Under the pieces are notes generated by a model. It was not told where the DNA came from. It was given only the letters and a program-made list of their open reading frames with translations, and did not search any database. Positions 37,235 to 52,045 of a stretch of 64,000 nt of DNA are shown piece after piece. This DNA is from Priapulus caudatus. Lineage: Eukaryota. How positions within the stretch are numbered: position 1 is the first letter of the stretch; the number at the start of each line of letters is the position of its first letter. The translations under genes were made by a program, and so were the position numbers. The stretch spans positions 1,817-65,816 of the forward strand of contig NW_014577068.1 in assembly GCF_000485595.1 (NCBI RefSeq), written 5' to 3'.

Positions 37235-38776
37235 CTGCAAGATAGTGTATAACAGCAAGTTGTTAAAATGAAGGGGCATATGATTTTCAAAATTTTTTGT
37301 TTACATTAGCGAGAAAATTGTGCAGTTCAGTATTGCTGCCGAATATCATTGCAATCATTGTAACTTAGGTCGTAATTTAGTTAATACCTGAAGCCATATC
37401 TTTCCGAAGCATAGGCTATTACCAAGCTGTGGAAATTTTCCAAGTCTTCAGTTGTTCTGAACAAAGAAAGTGTAGCGTTATATTATATGGTTACCGACAA
37501 AAATATGCAGCGGCACGCTCCCCCTACTGGCAATTTAATACAAAACAGGAAATTACATATGGGAATTCGTCTAACGGGCGCGACGCGCTTATTAGCGGGC
37601 AGGATCAACACCTCTCAGGCGACGCTTCTCTGGTATCCGGTCTCTCATCTGAGTGCGAGTGTGGGTGAGGTGTCGCTTCCCGCTACTTCTACACACAGAT
37701 CTACTTGAATATGTATGGACCCCCTTACTACTTAATCATTTTGATCACTTCTTTACTCATACGCAGGCTGTAAGATGCTGGCTGTGGTATTTACTTTGCA
37801 AATATAAACTGGTCGCAAATTTTACTATTACACGCCTGCCATATAAATATTTGGAATATTTAGTGATAATTATAGTAAAGTTAATTACTGTCAATTACTA
37901 ATTTTTACCTGTCCTGCCTAAGTATTTATTTCGTCCACAGACGGCTGTGCCCGGGACGCGAAATTTTTTCCCCCACGAGAGCTCCGGACCCACTATAGAT
38001 AGTGTTTTGTAATATATGGTTCGTATATATATGGTTGGGTTCAGTGGCGCGTGCGTTCCTTTGTGTGCACGTACACGTGCGTGTGTGCGCCGCGTGTGCA
38101 GGTACACGTTTGTGCGTGCGTGCGCTGCGTGCGTGTGTGCGTGTGCAGGTACACGTGTGTGCATGTGTGCGTGTGTGTGCGGTACACGTGCGTGCGTGCA
38201 TGTGCACGTAGACGTGCATGCGTGCGTGCGTGCTGTGGCACGTACACGAGCGTGTGCATGAGTGTGTGTGCACGCACACGTGCGTGCGTGCGTGTGTACG
38301 TGCGTGTGTACGTCACGTGCGTGCGTGCGTGCGTGCGTGCCGTGCGTGCGTGCCGTGCGTGTGCTTGTATCGAACAATATCACATCGAAACATCATCTGC
38401 TTGCTGCCAACCCGTTAAACTCCGCATGTGCGCATATGACGTCAATGTTTATAAACATGAAACATCGCTGCTCCGTCAATACACGCGAAACGCAAGAGAA
38501 ATACAACGATGGCGAAATATACAGCTGTGTACACACACGCAGCTAGGGTCTGCATAGCTCCCAATCCAATTGGTTGTATACAATCTCGTATCTCAAACTC
38601 CTGTTTATGGTGCATTGTGACCTAACCTATAAAACCAAAAAAAATATTTGTTTGTTATTAAATTGTTGTAAATTAAATCATGTAAATATGGATAAACATA
38701 GAAAAATACAGAAGAACAGAAAAATAATGAAAGAACGGATGGATTCGATCCAACGACATTTCAGTCGTGTCGTCTC

Positions 38777-41700
38777 TGGAGGCGACACGCTCAACCCACA
38801 CTCCCACTCAGATGAGAGACCGGATACCAGAGAAGCGTCGCCTGAGAGGTGTTTGATCCTGCCCCGCTAATAAGCGCGTCGCCGCCCGTTAGACGAATTC
38901 CCATATGTAATTTCCTGTTTTGTATTAAATTGCCAGTAGGGGGACGTGCCGCTGCATATTTTTGCGCGGTAACCATATAATATAACGCTACACTTTTTGT
39001 TAGTAACAACTGAAGACTTGGAAAATTTCCACAGCTTGTAATAGCCTATGCTTCGAAATGATATGGCTTCAGGTATGACTAAATTACGACCTAAGTTACA
39101 ATGATTTGCAATGATATTCGGCAGCAATACTGAACTGCACAATTTCTCGCTAATGTAAACAAAAATTTTTGAATCATATGCCCTTCATTTAACACTTGCT
39201 GTTATATCACTATTCTGCAGCTACCTAGGTGACGACCTCCGTGTCAGGATAGCAGCCATCGGCCACAATGCTCATCATGACAGAGTACGCTCGAGACGAG
39301 TCAGGGAAGTTGATGCAAGTTTTGCATATGGATACATTACTAACAACTCAGTGAGTAACAGCAAACATTGTTTTACTTTCAACAACTTCTATGCTTTATA
39401 TTTTGCTAGTCTTGAATGAAATCACGGAATATTCATACATATATACATTTGGTAAGATCATTGATTTCAGTTTTACAGATGTAATCAAATATAGTGTAAC
39501 TGTATACCCTGCATTAACATGACATTCATCTCATTAACAACATGTTTAAAATGCAAAAAGTATAAATGACTTGTGAAATTATCAGCTTTACATACATTTT
39601 TATTTACAAATGCTTTTTGCAGCTTTCACACTCAATGGTCGAAAGCGACAAAAACAGTGGAGACTGCGACCCGTCAAAGTGAAGAACCACTTCAGCTACA
39701 TACCATTACTGCAGAAAATGGTACTGGCGGAACGTGAAGAACACGCCGCAGAAGTGGAAGACTAGAGAAGCTGCGGGCCTCATGGAGAGTGATCCCACAC
39801 CGTGTGCTGAAAACAATTGCTACGGCGCCGAAGCCGAGCCAGGAGGAGCTGCTCCAGACATGGTTCCCACGATATGGAGCAAGAAGAGCAAGACATGGCA
39901 TCGGAAGTCATAGTCCTTGTTTTGTTGCGTGTTTTGTTATTTACATGTTGCACGTGTAAATAGTAAGGAACCAGGCTTCATGGCACAAACAGAGGAATCC
40001 TCTACTGATGACAGCGAGTAACATGGCAAGTAAAGGCATATTATACACAAGTTGTTTCTAATTAATTAGGTAGTATATTTGGGCTTGGAATATATAGTAG
40101 TGAGTATAAAAATGTATATTTACAAATTGCACTAGCTAACGCAATGAAAAGTTGAGTTGAACTTGCTTAAATTTTTAATTAAAAAAATACCCATATAATT
40201 ATATGCAAGTGATTTAACATATCATAAAGGGCATTTATAGAAAAATCATTAAACAAACAATATATCTCAAGGGAAGGGTACATTCCTGAGAAATAATAAT
40301 TTGGAAATGCAAACATTCCGTGGTAATTATTATATACTCGCAAACGTTAAAAGAAATAGATTATATGCTACTAAACAATGTTTTCAGTTTATATAAATAC
40401 TGCGCAATATTTACTTTGACATGAATATAACTAATTTACATCTGTACATCAATTGCAGGAAACGGCGCTACATTAACGAGACCACGTGACAAGATGGCCA
40501 TTTCACGCAACTCTATACATGTGACAGATAGGACCCGTAAATTTAACATTTGTATATTATAGATTTTCTCAGATAAAATCGTGTCGTATAATCTAGAAAA
40601 GGATAACGATAAGTCGTACATAAACTGTTATCGCTGGCAGCATGTCGGTGTAGAATGGTTCAACTGCTAAGTGAGACAAGTGGTGATAACCGTTATGCCT
40701 TGTAACACTGATGATCTGCCTTAGCATTTACTGTGCACACAAGTTGACGTTATTTGAAAGTATATTCTTAATCGAAAGTATGTGGCCGAATAGTAGAAAC
40801 TGCCTCCTACACGGAATCCGGTTAATGATCATTTTCTGATGATGAGAATTTCGAATGGAATTCAGCACACATGATGGTAATCACGACTCGTCGCCTTACG
40901 CGTTGAACCCATTCTCCAGTATCAAACTGGCGATACGCCGCATGCGGCATGCATCGTTGGTTCGTGCTTCTGGTAGACAGAGCAAGTCTTCTCTGTAGCA
41001 GCGAGCGACCGCTAAAACGCTCTGTTCAGGCATATGGGGCAAATTCTGCCACCACAGTTCAACATAACCACGTGATTTCCTGCAGGCAGAGCTGTTCCAG
41101 CTGTGTGGGGCATGTCCACACAGTTGCCACACTGGCAAATGCGGTGGTTGTGGCGTCCCATCAGGGTCTCCTCCTGCTGCTGCTGCCGCTGCCGCTGCAG
41201 CTGCCGGCAGTCTCCTGGATTTTGTGACGTCATGATTCGTTACAGGCCAGAAGTGACTTTTCCAGCTGCCACCTTGGCAACATTTTGACATACTCCTGAA
41301 AGTGAAATTGTTTAATTATAAAACTAACTTTAATATAATTTTTATTTACTTATTTTGTTAGCAGAATATATATGTAACCAGAATTAACCGGAATTGACAA
41401 GTGATGTTTATCAGTATTGATTAGGAACTGTAAGTTATCTGTAGTGACAGTGTATGTGTCCGTGTTAATTTTGTAACATGTTAGTCTATATTTGATTTTT
41501 TCAATGTGTTTGAATAGTTGTTTGATAATCCGTTTAAATATCATAAAGAAACATAATTGACATACGTTGTATTTTCACACAAAAAAACAAACCTCTGCAG
41601 AAGATGCCACTGGTTGAGGCTGTGAGTCTCAACACCGTTTTCTGTAGTACTCAAACTTCCAACTCCTGTGAGCCTGTAATTAGAGGTACCTAGTTTTATT

Positions 41701-42503
41701 GTAAACCAGATATAACTGCATGTATTGTACAGTTGTTGTAAAAAATCGGAGCATGTATGGTGCAAAATAAAACATTTGATAACTAAATACTAATTTCTGT
41801 AATTGCACAAAAATTAATTAATGTTATGTTTACTAACACCGAGACTTCTTTCCTCATTCTTTGCCGTTTTAATTTCCTTTTCTGTGAAAAGCAAATATCA
41901 CATATATACTGTAAAGTCATAGAAGTTGATAGTGTATTACTATCATTAATCAAAAATTAGTGATAATGGTAAATAAAATTAGTTTCAAAATGCAATACTT
42001 CAAGTGTTATATCTATGAGGTTTTTTCATTTCAATCATTATTTCAAGTTAAAGCCGCACTATACGCATCCAAACGCTAATTTCTCCAGTACTAGACTAGC
42101 AAATATCTCGTGTCATGCATAATCACACTACTTATAGGCAAAATAAACTATTTCCTCCATTTCAGTGCGCGTTTGCTTAAAACCACAAGAAAGAGGTGGC
42201 GAAATCTGGTAATCTGGCGGACCAACGCTAAATTGTTTGCCAACATTTCGCCAAGAACGGTTGGGTGACGTCACATGTTTTTATATTTGCTACACCCGTA
42301 CCGCTGTACCGCAGCACCGCTGGCGGTTGCTTGGCAAGGCAACGCGAAAGTGTCAACAACATCGGAGATATTTGAACGGCAAATTGGAAGGTATTTCAAA
42401 TGCCTTTTATAAGACAACGCACAGTGAAATGGGAGAACTATGAGTTATTTTGTCATAAGGTAGTGTGATTATGCATAACACGAAGTATTTGCTAGTCTAG
42501 TAC
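38777..42503 (-). repeat. Inverted, indel-ridden copy of ~33938-37680 (Kolobok module)
   Basis: Continuous reverse-complement match including the MITE, KolX exons and transposase exons; frequent 1-bp indels break the frames; ends at the 25-N gap. Confidence 0.92.
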
Positions 42504-42528
42504 NNNNNNNNNNNNNNNNNNNNNNNNN

Positions 42529-45500
42529 GTAAGAGTTTACACGGACGTAGTATTTAGATGAGCGTACATGAACTGCCTTTATCATCGAAAGCTGCCTGAC
42601 ACAGCGAAAACCTACCTGACCAGGCGTCTCTTTCCAACCGTTCGGGATCCATAACCAGGTGCGAGACACATCAGCGGTTGTGATGGCGCCTGAACGACGT
42701 AGCGATCGGCGCCATGCAGGTTAGGACAGTATTGCTACGTTAACATACTACAGTTCCTGGAGAGTATTCCATCTTGACAGCATAGAATACACGTTACAGT
42801 TATATAACGTATGTAATTATTAACGCATTATAGCATTTAATAATTACAGATCAGAGCTGCTTTACCGTAAATCAGGTGCAATCTATATATACATAGTTTG
42901 ATGGACCACAAAGAATCGAGAAAAGAGCTAATCGAACTTTAACCAATACGATTAATCACTCCTTTAATAATAAAAACGTGTAAGGATGGATAGCCTCATA
43001 TCTTAAACTACATTACCGAAAATGATTACGTCAGTTTCATCCTTAATCGTGCGTTTCACAACCACGACCCACAGTCATACATTGACTGTTATAAATCCCT
43101 ACCTTCACTATGTTCCCAGCCATCTGACCCTGTTTCCCGGTTATAGCTCCACCTGTCTAACTTGAAACTGCCCCGGACGCCATCGTAACTAACCTGACGG
43201 TATAGTATTTATTGACACACTAATGCTTAGTATCCATTCGTCCGCCACGTCTCGTTATTCACGTCCGTCGTGTCCATGGAGTTATTACGAGCTGATGCTT
43301 GTTCAACGCGAGTATACCTGTATAAGTTCTTAACTCGATAATGATTGCGCGTACTTAGACGACCAAAACACGAGAAATGTATACTACATCTCCCCGCACT
43401 TGCATCACGGTGCTCTACGCGTCTCGACGTTTGCGACTTGTAGGGTCTTCGGCGTCTATATACCCGTACAAGGTAACTACAAATCTTAATCTATGTATTT
43501 AAACGAGGAAGTATGGTGATCGCGGCGACACCACAGCGCGCTTTTCAATTTGTTCCAGGTGTACACGCTATCTCGCCCACTCGAATACGCGCTGCCTGTC
43601 ACCAAATTTTGGCTCTCGCACAAATGAAGGACCGCAGGCCCCGCTTCGAGATGAGCTATTTTGTACGCTCCCAGTTAGCCCGTTGGGAACATGTCTTTTA
43701 CCGCAATTTTGGAGGGCCAGCTATCGCGCGCCGACCGTCAGAATTTTGCACATACGCGCATGGCATAACTTTATTTAATCAATAAAGTACAATTAGCTGT
43801 CTGTCGAAGTGACGTAACAGCTAAAACTCGCGCATAAAACATCAACTCAGTGCTCCAACCTTAGCCCGCTTCAAAGATTTGTTGTATTGTAACTACGCTG
43901 GGCCGCCGCGCCAGATTTGATACCATATCGAATTTTTAGGGATAATAGTCTTGGTGCTAGTAGTCTGCCTATTACATCGATACGGCACACACCGATAGCA
44001 ATGTTTAAGCAAAAACAAAATGTTCACATTATGAAGGACTGAATAATAAATTGTCACCCTGTTTGTTAGTTCCTCCAGAATACGTCCTTGTCGAAGCCGG
44101 ACCTCGATTTTCAAATCTTGCTTGGTGACTTCTCAATACCTGCTAACTTTACACACGCATTCTGTCCAAACATCCGTGGATATGAACAATAAAGGCGAGC
44201 AAGACAAACTAACCGTAGCAAGTCAATGAAATTTTTTCAACAAGAGCGCCTGGCTCGACATTCAGGTCGCAGTGTAGGCCTGCAATTCGGTTCCAGGTGC
44301 AGCAGAGTTTCAGCTAACACCTATGACGCTATTAGTTGCTTAATTGATTTACTTAGACAATTAATAGTTTTATTTGTGCTTTTTTAAAGGCTACACGTAT
44401 CAACGGTACGTTTCAAATCCAATTTCTCACAATTGTAATACTATGTAACTTGAAAGACTAAATTGTAACACTTAGTCAGTTAACTCTATAAATGATCCTA
44501 AGTCCGAGATAATATTATAATACTACTATATATATATATATACGTATATATATATATATATATACTATATATTACCATAATATATATATATAGTATAGCA
44601 ATAAGGATAATAAAGTTCAGATTCCAGATGCAGCGTTAAAGTGCGCAAAAAATGGACAACAACTGGAGACAAAATTAGGCCGCTCCAATCAGCAGAAATT
44701 TAATTGTCATGCACAGACATAACAGTCTCAGTGATTACAGCGCATCATCTTCTCGCGACATTGCGAAACCCCCCGGTAATGAGAAAAAATGCTGACATTC
44801 CTTACGGCGTTTCGAAAGAGATGACAGTGAAATTACCGCGCGGCCGTTACAGTAATACTAATAATATAATTATATATAATATATATATATTACCTTGCTT
44901 TATGAACGCAAGAAGCTGGCAATCATTCACATGTGAAGTACCCACATTGGTACGCCGCATCAGTGCACCACCGCAGAATGGAAATTTACTCATCCTTGCT
45001 ACATGGCAACTGGAAGGCAACACAATATTAAATGTCGTATAACAAAATTTGGACATCTGAGTCATTAAATCGAATGTACGTACCGTCTAAGTAACGCCTT
45101 TGACAGAGCTGCTTAAGTTTACTTGCTGCGCGCAAAATTATCGTTTGGGACAAGAAAATATTGGTGATCCGTCTCTAATTTATATTTTCAGATTTATATG
45201 TTATTTTGTAAGAATGCTTTTACCTTTTACGTTAAATAGATTTTCAGAATATCATAAATCAAGGCCTAATTTGCATGAAATTTCCTATACAATTAGCATA
45301 TCTGCAGTATATGTTTACAATGTATGGAGCTTTGTAAACAGTTCAAGTGATTAAATTAAATTATATCTTATATATTTCATAGGATACGGTATATGGCTAA
45401 ATATGGTTGTATAGCTTTCTTATTATAGCCAAAGGCCCATACCCACAATGTACAAAGTGTGGACTATGGGAAGAGTTTCCTTGTCACGCCCATAATTGAC

Positions 45501-47981
45501 ACAGACATCGCCTCCTCGCGCAATGAATTTTGTAAAGAATCCAAGTCGACGGCCAGTTTTCGAATGTCTGCCGTGAGGATCATCAAGTATTCTTTATGTT
45601 TCTCCTTATCTCCCCCTACCATCCTCTCTCTTTCCACTCTCTCGGCGGAACCAATGAACACGATAAGCTTTTTTCGTATATGCTCCAGTTACCTGGTAGG
45701 GAAACTATCGATTCGTTGGTCGTTGCTCCGCCGACAATTTCTAGAATCATCCCTAGGATTTGACACCTGCCAAATGTAGTATGGTGCTCTTCATTTTACG
45801 CACCTGCATTGGGGCGTCATGCACGATGGTAATTAAGCTATTGGTGTTGAAACCATGGCGAAATTATTATGATCAGTACTATTTATCAGGCTGTGAATAA
45901 AAACAATTTGTTTCATTACATTCTGATGTTATCGACAGCGTTAACCGCCAGACAAAAATTCTACAGATGTATAGAGTACAGTAGGACCGCAACCATACGC
46001 TTAATTCTCGTCTGCCAGTTGACATATAATTTTTATATATATCAGGTAATCATGGGAAATCTGAGCGAACGCACTTCTCGGGTAAGCGTGGCCTCTCCCC
46101 GTCTGCAGCGATTAACACCTTAAAACAGTCAGTACAAATTGTTTTTGATGTTAATCATCGAATTCATGTACACACGCCGCGCGCGCGAGCAGCAGCAGGT
46201 GAGCAACATGGTTTCTTATATTATAGATTTTGGTTTTGCGTAATAATTTTAGTTTGGCTAAAATGGCTATTACGATAATTATAGCAAACTAATTTTATCA
46301 TACAAGTATTTTTCATTATTCATACGGGTAAGTATCATTCATGCATGAAATCAAGCCGAAATTAATAATTACGGCAAAAAAGATAACCGTAAATGAAGCT
46401 ATTTCACCTTACTGGCAGAAGCCGTGTATAGTCATGCCCGGACGCGTGCAGTAGACAACGTTAATTCAACGGGAATTTTACTCACAGGACCAACACGGGA
46501 ACGACTCACCCCCCCCCCCCCCCCCCCCACCCCCCCCCCCCCCCCTGACAAGTCTAAATAGAATCATATTTGCCATACGACCTCCCTGCAGCATTCTGCA
46601 GCGGCAACACCAAACCAAAGCGAAGCGATTAGAATGCTCCGAATCTTGCAGCTTACTCTTCAGTAGCGGTGATCAAGGATATGAATACAAACTCCGAGCA
46701 GCTGCCACGCGGCGTTTCTGTGCATGACCTATGGCGCTCATCGACCATGCACTTCATCCCACACAGAAACACCAACCCGCTGCTAGTCCAATATGGCAAA
46801 CTTAGGCAACGCTACGCGATTCGTAGCATGATTACAACGTCTTACATATAAAGACACCAAATGCCTTCGTCTGCCGCTGTGCTGAACATCTCGTGCGATT
46901 CAGGTTTGGTCCACACGATAACAGCTGTTTTCGTGGCTATGACCTTATTCAAATCTTAATGGAGCAAGAGTCAGGACTTGTCTTGATAATAATTGCTGTC
47001 AGAATATGAATATCTTCTAGAATCATTTGCTTTACGGTAATCCATTGTATGTGATTTAAGATGTGTCAATGTCGCCAACGCGAAATTAAACAGACATATA
47101 TAGGTTAAAACCTTAAAACCATTTGACGATCCTGCGAATAATTGATTTGATTAGTGCAAGATAATAATGATGACAGTGCAGAAATTATAACTCTGTTTTC
47201 ATAGCTTTCGAAAGACTGATGAAAATACGTCCGATAAACTAGTCGTGGAGCGTATTAGTTTATTTTATTCGAGGCTGTCATTATAATTGTGAATCACTAG
47301 CAGCGTAGGACACCGGCGTTGCCGGAACATACAAGCGCTCAGTTGCCGTGACCACTTGGTTTGAATAAGAAAAGATTCCCAAGAAAAGAACTATCTATCT
47401 ATCTAGCATCTACTACCTACCCCTAGCCTACCTAGCCTTACCTACCTATCCTACAACCTACCTTACCTACCTACCTACCTACCCTACCTTAGCCTACCTA
47501 CCTACCTACTACCTATTACTAGCTAAGCCTGACCTACCTCCTACCTACCTAACTCTACGTCACCTACCTACTAGACTACGCTACCTACCTACCTACCTAC
47601 CTAGCCGACCTTACCTACCTACCTACCTCACACCATACCTACCTACCTACTACCTACCTAATCCACTTACCCTAGCCTACCTACGCGCCTACCCTAACCT
47701 ACCTAAGCCCTACGCTATGCTACTACCTACATACGTACCTACGTAGCCTCGCTCACCTACCTACCTAACCTACATACGTACGTACCGACAGTACGCGTAC
47801 CGTACCGTACGTACGTACGTACGTACGTACGTACCGTACGTAGCTAGTATGTATGTTGTTGTATTGCTAGTACTGTATGTTATGTATGTATGTATGTACC
47901 TGTATGTTCATGTATGTATTTATGCCTATGTATCTATAATCTATAATCGTATATTTCTGATCTCATTCTATCTATCTATCC

Positions 47982-48020
<39 letters not shown>

Positions 48021-49650
48021 GCTATCTTAATCTATTCTATCTACTATCCTATCCTATCTATCTACTCTATCTATCGATCTATCTATCTATCTATACTATC
48101 TATCCTGATCTAATCTATCTATCTATCTAATCCATCACATCAATCAATCTATCTATCTGATCTATCCATCTATCTATTCATATCACACTTCTATAGTCTA
48201 TAGTGCATTAGTCTTGCCATCCACTCTGTATCAGTGGCAAGTATGCAGTGTAACTGAACAATGATATCGGAAGATGGCCAATATGGACAGTACTGCCGCC
48301 GCATTGAAAGAAACAGTCTCGCGGCGGCAAAGAGAAAGAAAAGATAACATGAGGGATCCGTGCGCCATATTAATGAAAGCCAGCGCCACGGCCCATTCAA
48401 GACAAATGACTAATGGCTGACAGAAAGTGTCTCGCTCCTCAGGGGTGGCATGTACTAACCGCCGCAGTATAGATAAGTTCTATTTCGAAGAGTGTCTCTT
48501 ATTTCCAGTCCGCTGCCCTTATGAACGTCACTAGTAAGTCCAACCTATAAAGCAGTTGCACTCGTTTAACGACAGCCTGGCAAAAGGCCGTGGTCACAGA
48601 GACGTGTGCGGCTGCCCGTCGCATGGTTAATTTCGACTGCAGACTTCTCTTCGCCATGTCAGTGACTAACACTATATCCACACACTTGGCTCCCCCCTCA
48701 TATCGTCAGGGCTCGGTAATGTCTTTTTGTACCTTGAAACCCTGCAGGTGTTGCCTTGTCCGGACATCGACAGTTGAGCGCCATGTATGTTATATATCGA
48801 GCTGCACCTGTATGACAATTAAGGGCACTCAGGGGAGCCAGTACGGCACTAACGTTAAAATTCTAGTTAGCTGTAGGATGTCAGTCGCCTTGCTAGTTGT
48901 CTCTAGTCCAGCACGACTTCGAGACCGCTGATACCTAGAGAAAGCGTTCGCCCTGAGAGGGTGTTTAATCCTGCCCGCTAGAGCGCTCTAGATCCTTCTG
49001 CGCGCAGTCTCCGCAGCAAGGCGCACCGCGACCCGGGAATACGTCCTACAAAAGTATCACCGCTGTCAAAGCTATTGATCATTGCGTGCCACACCAAAAT
49101 CGAAAGGCCGCGCGCACGATCAATTGCTGCATTCTGCGCCTAACCAGTCTCGAATGTTCTAGGCGGTCTAACTTCCGAACCTCTCAAGCAAACATATGCA
49201 CAACGCCATCGCGCAGCTCTCAAATAGCCGTGTTTCACGTGAGCGTCATAGATTCAGTTCACGTGTATTTGTTATGTTTTTCGGTTGGCAGTCAAGCGAA
49301 GCGTGCTGCTTGACATTTACAGCATGACATGGACAAATGTGCTTGGATATTAAAGCACTGTTTATTAGTGCCACGTAGCACTGCGCGTCTGCGTGATCAG
49401 CCGTGCGTCGCACGTCACGCTCGCGTGCACTGCTTAGCGTGCGTGGCGTGCGTGGTGCGGTTGTAAAATACTTTACACGTGACGTCTTGCCGTGCGTGTG
49501 TGCACAGTAACACGTTGCCGTGCCAACCCCCCGGTGCTGTTGTGACTGTTGGCGTGTTGAGGACGTACACGTGCCGTGCATGCGGTGCGTGGCGTGCCGG
49601 GTGGCGTGGCGGCCGGTTACAAGTGCCGTGCATTGCGGTGCCTGCATTTG
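42529..49650 (-). pseudogene. Inverted, heavily corrupted copy of ~56290-62788 containing trypsin-2 exons 1-7 (about 46646 to 42615); probable assembly artefact
   Basis: Reverse-complement match to the trypsin-2 upstream region, exons and introns, with dense insertion-type differences in exons and introns alike; starts at the 25-N gap. Confidence 0.85.
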
Positions 49651-50713
49651 GCGTGCTTGATCTTTTCATTTTAGCCGACACCTTTACCTGGTAATCGCGC
49701 CACCAGTCCGATGTACGGCCGCCCACGAACACCCCCTCTCGTCTACGGGTCGCCCCCCCTCGCGCGTCATGCCACTGTTCGTGTTCGCTGTCTGGACCTT
49801 CGTTCCTCACCGTAGGCTGTAGCCCCTTCCTATTTGCCACACCGCCGCCGCTCTCGGTCGTGACCTTCCCTCCTTCGGCACACCTACGCGGTGGGAGCGG
49901 GCCTGGGTCCCGGGTAGGGGACCGCGCCCGCCGCCGTGCAGGGGGGGAGGGGGTTGCAGCGGGAAGCACACGCGGTGGGAGGGCGTTATATGCAGGGGGG
50001 AAGTGCGTGCTGTGTGCCACGTTACACTGCGGTGCATGCGTGTGTGCGTGCGTGTGCACGTACACGCTCGCGTGCGTGACAGACGTTGACGTTTCGTCGT
50101 GTGTGCACGTACACCGTGCCGTGCGTGCAGTGCGTTTGCGTCGCGGTTGGCGCGGCGTGTGCATGTGCAACGATATTACGTGCCGTTGCGTGGGCGGTGC
50201 GGGGAGGCGGCTTTGGAAGCACGCTCGTGTCTGTTACGTCATACTGTTTACTTACGTCACGGCCTCGTGACCCCCCTCGACTCGATGCCCAGTACACGTA
50301 CGTGCAATGAGTGTTGGGCGCTGGTCGTGCGTGTTGAAGCTTAACAACGTGCGCGCATTGCGGGCGTGCGTGGTCCCCTTGTGTGTGCACCGTACAACGT
50401 GGCCGTGCCTGTTGCGCGCGTGTGTGCGCGCGTGTGCAGGTACACGTTTGTTGCCGTGCGTGGTGGACGGCAGTTGCGTTGCCGTGCCCCGTTGGCGTGC
50501 GGTGAAACGGTAACACCGGTGTTGGCATCAACCTCGGCAGCGCTGGCTTGGGAAGCGTTAATTGCGTGTCTGGACTACATTCTTGTCTCCCATCATCGCC
50601 CCGTGTCAGCCTGTCAGCTAGACATACCTGTGGCGGGGTTGTGATACGTGCCTGCTGGCCTGTGCCAACCGTGCTACAGGGAGCGAGCAACGTGGCCGTG
50701 GGGATACTCCCTA

Positions 50714-51033
50714 TTATTTATTTATTTTATTCATATTTATTTATTTTACTTTATGTATTTATTTATTTATATTATTGATTTGTATTTATTTATTTATTAT
50801 TTATTTTATTTTATTTTATTTTAATTTTATTTATTTTATTTATTTATTTATTTTTTATTTATTATTCATTTATTTGCATATATATATTTGTTCATTTATT
50901 TATTTATTTGTTTATTTATTTATTTACAGACGTGGTTACATAGCGATTACACATTACTGGCAGGCAGAGGATGTTATATACCCTCCACTCTCGTCTCGCC
51001 TCCTCCTCCTCTCCGTCTCTCTCTCATCTCTCG

Positions 51034-51085
<52 letters not shown>

Positions 51086-51779
51086 TCTCTCTCTCTCTTC
51101 TCTCACTCTCTCTCTTTCTATCTCTTCTCTCTCTCTCTTCTCTCTCTCTCTCTCTCCCTTTCTCTCTCTCTCTCTCTCTCGCTCTCTCTCTCTCTTCTCT
51201 CTCTCTCCTCTCTCTCTTTCTCTCTGCTCTCTCTCTCTCTCTTTCTTTCTCTCTGTCTCTCTCTCTCTCTTTCTCTCTGTCTTTCTCTCTCTCTTTTTCT
51301 CTCTGTCTCTCTCTCTCGCGCGCCTCTCGATATCTCTCTCTCACTCTTTCTCTCTGTCTCTCACTGCTTTCTCTCTCTTTAACTTTCTCATCCTTCCTCC
51401 TCTCTCCCTTCCCCCTTCCCTCCCTCCCTCTCTTTCTCTCTCTCGCTCTCTCTTTCTCTTTCTCTCCATCCCTCTCCATCCCTCCCTCTCTCTCTCTCCC
51501 TCTTCTCTGCCTTCGTTATGGTTCCTCCTCTGTCACGCCTGTCGGTAAGGGCGTTTAGGTAGAAGTCATTTCCATAAGTACGGTTTCTTATCCTGTAAGA
51601 GGGAATTCTGTCAAGTGACCCGGACTCTCCTCTCTCACACACAGCAGACACACACGCGACGCACGCACGCACGCACGCACGCGCACACACACACACGACA
51701 CACACACACACTTCACACCACAACACATACACACACAACACAACACACACACACCACCACACACACACACAGCACTACG

Positions 51780-51819
<40 letters not shown>

Positions 51820-51990
51820 CACACACACACACACACAAAACACACACATCACACAACACACATAATACAGGACACACACCACACACACACATCACACCAC
51901 TTACACACACACACACACCACACAGCACACCACAACACACACACACAAACACAACACACACAGACGCAACACACGCACGCATCCACAACA

Positions 51991-52035
<45 letters not shown>

Positions 52036-52045
52036 GCACACACAG
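50714..52045. repeat. Degenerate (TTTA)n, (CT)n and (CA)n tracts
   Basis: Directly visible; source of the long L/S and H/T ORFs. Confidence 0.95.

Noticed and set aside
38735..38810. tRNA-like B-box on the minus strand (GGATCGAATCC)
   Set aside because: No convincing cloverleaf; at most a SINE-like head in noisy sequence.
46509..46545. Long poly-C run (potential G-quadruplex)
   Set aside because: Lies in the corrupted arm and is absent from the mirrored position near 59160; cannot be trusted.
42615..46646. A third functional trypsin gene
   Set aside because: The exons are riddled with indels, the last exon is absent, and the copy mirrors paralog 2 up to an assembly gap.
49650..50700. GC-rich overlapping ORFs of 136-251 aa
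   Set aside because: Degenerate (GTGC)n-derived noisy sequence between the fold-back arms.
50775..51558. ORFs up to 257 aa rich in L/S or E/R
   Set aside because: Degenerate (TTTA)n and (CT)n repeats in a low-quality region.
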